Virus record (IMG/VR): IMGVR_UViG_3300046002_001345
Span: 3,489-67,488 of that record
Direction: 5' to 3' (one strand)
Length of the DNA: 64,000 nucleotides
Source of the DNA: a virus
Below, piece after piece: positions 60,154 to 64,000 of the stretch; within the stretch, counting starts at the first letter, position 1; each line of letters begins with the position of its first letter. The notes under the pieces were generated by a model. It ran no database searches. It was not told where the DNA came from and was given only the letters and a program-made list of their open reading frames with translations. The position numbers were made by a program, and so were the translations under genes.

Positions 60154-61170
60154 ATGAGTAATTTATTTAAAAAGGCGGCCGTTTTGACAGATGTGCATTT
60201 CGGCCTTAAAAGCAATAGTCAACTACACAATGATGACTGTTTAAACTTTGTTAAGTGGTTTATCTCTAAGGCAAAAGAAGAAGGGTGCGATACTTGCTTT
60301 ATGCTAGGCGACTGGCATAACAACAGAGCCGCTATCAATATCGTTACTTTAAACTACAGCCTAACAGCCTTAGAGTTGTTGGGCAAGGCCTTTGACCGCG
60401 TTATCTTTATTCCAGGCAATCATGACTTATATTATCGTGACAAGCGTGATATACAATCAGCTGAATGGGCTAGGCACATTCCTAATATTGAAATTGTAAA
60501 TGATTTCTACAGTGAAGGTGATGTTAGTATTGTGCCTTGGCTAGTGGGTGACGATCATAAAAAGATTCCTAAAATCAATGCCAAGTATATGTTTGGCCAC
60601 TTTGAATTGCCACACTTTTTTATGAATGCTATGGTGCAAATGCCCGAGCATGGCGAACTACGTCGTGAACACTTCGGGCATGTTGATCATATGTTTAGTG
60701 GACACTTCCATAAACGACAGACTAACAAGAACATTACCTACATTGGCAATGCTTTCCCGCACAACTACGCAGATGCAGGTGATGATGACCGTGGTATGAT
60801 GATACTTACTTGGGGCCAGGATCCTGTATTTAAAGCATGGCCTAACCAACCTAAGTATCGTGTCTATGGTCTAAGCGATGTATTACGTACGCCCGAGGCA
60901 TTGTTATTACCTAACATGCACTGCCGTGTTAATATTGACATCGACATTACCTACGAAGAAGCTACGTTTATTAAAGAAACATTCGTTGGCACATACAACC
61001 TACGTGAGCTTACACTGATTCCTGTTAAAAACATGGACATCGGGCAGGACATACAGTTAGGTAATATTCAATTTGAAAGCATCGATACCATTGTTACTAA
61101 TCAGCTAACAAATATTAACAGCGAGCATTACGATCCTAATCTATTGTTAGACATTTATCGTCATCTATGA
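60154..61170 (+). CDS. gp47: recombination endonuclease subunit, gp47/Mre11/SbcD-like
   Basis: TDVHFG, LGDWH, PGNHD, FGHFE and FSGHFHKR metallophosphoesterase motifs. Confidence 0.93.
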   Translation: MSNLFKKAAVLTDVHFGLKSNSQLHNDDCLNFVKWFISKAKEEGCDTCFMLGDWHNNRAAINIVTLNYSLTALELLGKAFDRVIFIPGNHDLYYRDKRDIQSAEWARHIPNIEIVNDFYSEGDVSIVPWLVGDDHKKIPKINAKYMFGHFELPHFFMNAMVQMPEHGELRREHFGHVDHMFSGHFHKRQTNKNITYIGNAFPHNYADAGDDDRGMMILTWGQDPVFKAWPNQPKYRVYGLSDVLRTPEALLLPNMHCRVNIDIDITYEEATFIKETFVGTYNLRELTLIPVKNMDIGQDIQLGNIQFESIDTIVTNQLTNINSEHYDPNLLLDIYRHL

Positions 61171-61895
61171 GAATTTATGCAAGTGGGTGTAGTTTTACTT
61201 ATGGTGATGAATTAATTAACCCGAATAGATCTGCATGGCCGGCGTTATTAGCTGATAAATTAAATTCTAATATCGACAATGATGCCGTATCAGGTGGAAC
61301 TAATAGTAGAACTGTTTATCATACTATAAAAAATCTGCAATACAATTATGATCTGTATTTAATTGCATGGACTACTTATTCTAGATTTACTTTTTATAAG
61401 AACGATAATAATTTCGAAACGAATTTTAATCCGCAATTAAAACATACATTATACTCTTCTAAAAAATTTTATGCAGACTGGGGCAATACGTTATATAAAC
61501 ATTGGTACAATGAATTATATGCATTTAAACTATGGTTACAACAAATTATACAGTTACAATCGTTACTTGCTAGTAAGAATTATATTATGATTAATACTAT
61601 GGATAATAACATCAATCAATGGACTACTAATAAAGAATCATTTATTAAATCAGTCAAACCATTAATTAACTTCGATATTATGAATGACGAACAAATATTT
61701 GATGAATTTAAAGAAATACAGTATTATATAAGTATCATTGATTTTTCTAAGTTTTACAAATGGAATGAATTCTATATAACACAATTATGTTCACAATTTA
61801 AATGTGGTCCTGTAGGACATATTTTAGAAGACGGACATACTCATTTAGCGGAATTAATATACAAACATGTTCAAAATAAAAAATCTCACAGTTAA
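61167..61895 (+). CDS. SGNH-fold protein inserted between gp47 and gp46
   Basis: SGCSFTYGDEL, NDAVSGGTN, IAWTTYSRF and GPVGHILEDGH; AT-rich relative to flanks. Confidence 0.78.
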   Translation: MRIYASGCSFTYGDELINPNRSAWPALLADKLNSNIDNDAVSGGTNSRTVYHTIKNLQYNYDLYLIAWTTYSRFTFYKNDNNFETNFNPQLKHTLYSSKKFYADWGNTLYKHWYNELYAFKLWLQQIIQLQSLLASKNYIMINTMDNNINQWTTNKESFIKSVKPLINFDIMNDEQIFDEFKEIQYYISIIDFSKFYKWNEFYITQLCSQFKCGPVGHILEDGHTHLAELIYKHVQNKKSHS

Positions 61896-63639
61896 AAACT
61901 TCATGAGTGTAGGTAATGCTACACAGGCTGTTGAGTTTGATCGTCAAGACTTAACGTTAGTTTTAGGTGAAAACATTGATCTAGGCGGCGATGACAGCGG
62001 AGCACGTAATGGTACAGGTAAAACTACTATCATTAACGCACTTAGCTACGGCTTATATGGTACTGCTCTTACTAACATTAAGAAAGATAACTTAATCAAT
62101 AAAACTAATGCTAAAGGCATGTTAGTTACCATTGACTTTGAAGTCAACGGTGAAAGTTATCGTATCGAGCGTGGCCGCAAGAGTAACGTATTAAAGTTCT
62201 ACATAGGTGATCAAGAACAAGAAGCCAAAGACGACAATAGTCAGGGCGATAGTCGAGAAACACAAGCAGAAATCGAACGCTTGTTAGGTATGAGTCATGA
62301 CATGTTCAAACACATTGTGGCACTTAACACTTATACAGAACCGTTCTTAAGTCTTAAAGCCAACGATCAGCGCACTATCATTGAGCAGTTACTTGGTATT
62401 ACTCTGCTGTCAGAAAAAGCCGATGCACTTAAAGAGCAGGGCAAGGCCACTAAGGATGCAATTCAGCAAGAAGAGTTTAATATTAAGGCCATAACTGACG
62501 CAAATGGTCGCATTCAGGAGCAAATTGAGAGCTTAAAACGTCGGCAAACTTTGTGGACTACCAAGCATGCAGAAGACGCAACAAAATTGCAAACTGCTTT
62601 AGATAGCCTATTAGAAATTGATATCGATAGTGAGATCCAAGCACACAAAGACCTTACTGCTTATAATCAAAAACGTAAAGATCTAAGTGATTTAGACAAA
62701 GCTATCCTGCGTGCTGATGCAGATTGCGTTAGAGAACAAAAGTTAGTAGATAAGACTGAAAAAGAAATTGCAGACTTAGAAGCGCATACTTGTTATGCTT
62801 GTGGGCAAACATTTCACGATAATAAACATGAAGAAGTTTTAGCAGGTAAGAGGGCCACCTTAGCAGAAGCACACAACCAATATATTGAACTGTTTGGACA
62901 GCTGCAATTATTCCAAGCAACTAGAAAAGAACTAGGTGAACTAGGCTCACAGCCAAAAGTATTCTACGATAAAGAAGAGGACGCTATCCATCATCGTAGT
63001 ACTGTAGCCAGTCTACAAATGCAATTAGTAAGCAAGATGGCAGAAACTGATCCTTACGATGAACAGATTGAGGAAATGAAGACTACTGCACTCGCTGAAA
63101 TTGACTATACCGTAATGAATGAGCTGATGCGTGTTAAAGAGCATCAAGAATTCTTACTAAAATTATTAACAAATAAAGATTCGTTTATACGTAAACGTAT
63201 TATTGATCAGAACTTAAGCTACTTAAATGCTCGCTTAGGTTATTACTTGGATAAGATTGGTTTGCCGCATAGCGTTAAGTTCCTAAACGATCTGAGTGTA
63301 GAAATACAGGAACTAGGTCGTGAGTTAGATTTTGATAACTTAAGTCGTGGTGAACGTAACAGACTTATCCTTAGCTTATCATGGGCGTTCCGTGATGTAT
63401 GGGAAAGTTTGTATCAACCAATTAACTTATTGTTTATCGATGAGCTTGTTGATTCAGGTATGGATACTTCAGGTGTTGAAAATGCCTTGGCTATCCTTAA
63501 GAAAATGACTAGAGAAAATAACAAATCTATTTGGTTAGTATCGCATAAAGATGAACTAGCGGGTCGTGTAAACAATATCCTTACAGTAGTAAAAGAGAAT
63601 GGGTTTACAACCTATAACAACGATGTAGAAGTAAAATGA
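61867..63639 (+). CDS. gp46: recombination ATPase subunit, gp46/Rad50/SbcC-like
   Basis: KNFMSVGN, NGTGKTT Walker A, CYAC zinc hook, LSRGE signature, LFIDE Walker B, VSH. Confidence 0.95.
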   Translation: MFKIKNLTVKNFMSVGNATQAVEFDRQDLTLVLGENIDLGGDDSGARNGTGKTTIINALSYGLYGTALTNIKKDNLINKTNAKGMLVTIDFEVNGESYRIERGRKSNVLKFYIGDQEQEAKDDNSQGDSRETQAEIERLLGMSHDMFKHIVALNTYTEPFLSLKANDQRTIIEQLLGITLLSEKADALKEQGKATKDAIQQEEFNIKAITDANGRIQEQIESLKRRQTLWTTKHAEDATKLQTALDSLLEIDIDSEIQAHKDLTAYNQKRKDLSDLDKAILRADADCVREQKLVDKTEKEIADLEAHTCYACGQTFHDNKHEEVLAGKRATLAEAHNQYIELFGQLQLFQATRKELGELGSQPKVFYDKEEDAIHHRSTVASLQMQLVSKMAETDPYDEQIEEMKTTALAEIDYTVMNELMRVKEHQEFLLKLLTNKDSFIRKRIIDQNLSYLNARLGYYLDKIGLPHSVKFLNDLSVEIQELGRELDFDNLSRGERNRLILSLSWAFRDVWESLYQPINLLFIDELVDSGMDTSGVENALAILKKMTRENNKSIWLVSHKDELAGRVNNILTVVKENGFTTYNNDVEVK

Positions 63640-64000
63640 AACTAGCAACCTGGCATTGGCACATAGAGATATCTAGTAAATGCACATTAAAGTGTCTACG
63701 CTGTGCCCGTACGGAAATGCCCGATACCTTAATCAATACCGAACTAAGTTTAGATTTCTTTAAAAAGAACTTTACACCAGAGTTTATTGAATCCAACGTA
63801 GAAAAGATCACGTTTTGCGGTGACGACGGTGACCCTATCTATGCGCACGACTTAATAGCTGTAATTGAATATATTAAAAGTATAAAACCGGTTAAGTTTG
63901 TTATTGTTACTAATGGTAGCTATAAAAAAGAAGACTGGTGGACTAGACTAGGACAGACGTTAGATCAAGATGATCATATTCATTTTAGCCTGGACGGTAT
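63636..64000 (+). CDS. radical SAM protein, 3' truncated by window edge (not in ORF track)
   Basis: ATGA overlap with gp46 stop; hand translation MKLATWHWHIEISSKCTLKCLRCAR...FCGDDGDP...VTNGS...FSLDG. Confidence 0.88.
   Translation, partial: MKLATWHWHIEISSKCTLKCLRCARTEMPDTLINTELSLDFFKKNFTPEFIESNVEKITFCGDDGDPIYAHDLIAVIEYIKSIKPVKFVIVTNGSYKKEDWWTRLGQTLDQDDHIHFSLDG

Noticed and set aside
1-64000. tRNA genes, CRISPR arrays, alternative genetic code
   Set aside because: Intergenic gaps are too short and show no cloverleaf or spaced repeats; TAA, TAG and TGA all end genes at sensible boundaries and long ORFs are intact

Overview
A 64-kb fragment of a large T4-related (gp55/gp46/gp47/baseplate-bearing) myovirus-type phage genome in the standard genetic code. 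From left to right: (1) a + strand block (1-5663) with an SGNH-like protein, hypotheticals, DHFR, thymidylate synthase and an NDP-sugar epimerase; (2) a ~20-kb, stop/start-coupled minus-strand operon (25514 down to 5664) with six radical SAM enzymes, five SGNH-fold proteins, five glycosyltransferase-like proteins, a NodU/CmcH carbamoyltransferase, an APS-kinase-like protein, a 33-aa peptide and dCMP deaminase; (3) a minus-strand tail/baseplate module (25571-57783) with paralogous fibres, a gp38-like adhesin, a 4857-aa giant protein and gp6/gp25/gp5/gp53-like genes; (4) a + strand block with gp55 late sigma factor flanked by two homing endonucleases, gp47, an inserted SGNH gene, gp46 and a seventh radical SAM gene cut by the window edge. 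The strongest candidate for an undescribed system is the radical SAM/SGNH/glycosyltransferase/carbamoyltransferase operon, which I infer decorates the virion with a tailored glycan. Other notable signals: a synonymously recoded duplicate of the gp55 N-terminus around a GIY-YIG gene, a probable AUU start for gp55, apparently leaderless late transcripts, and small ORFs missed by the ORF track. All protein family calls come from motif recognition by eye, not database searches.
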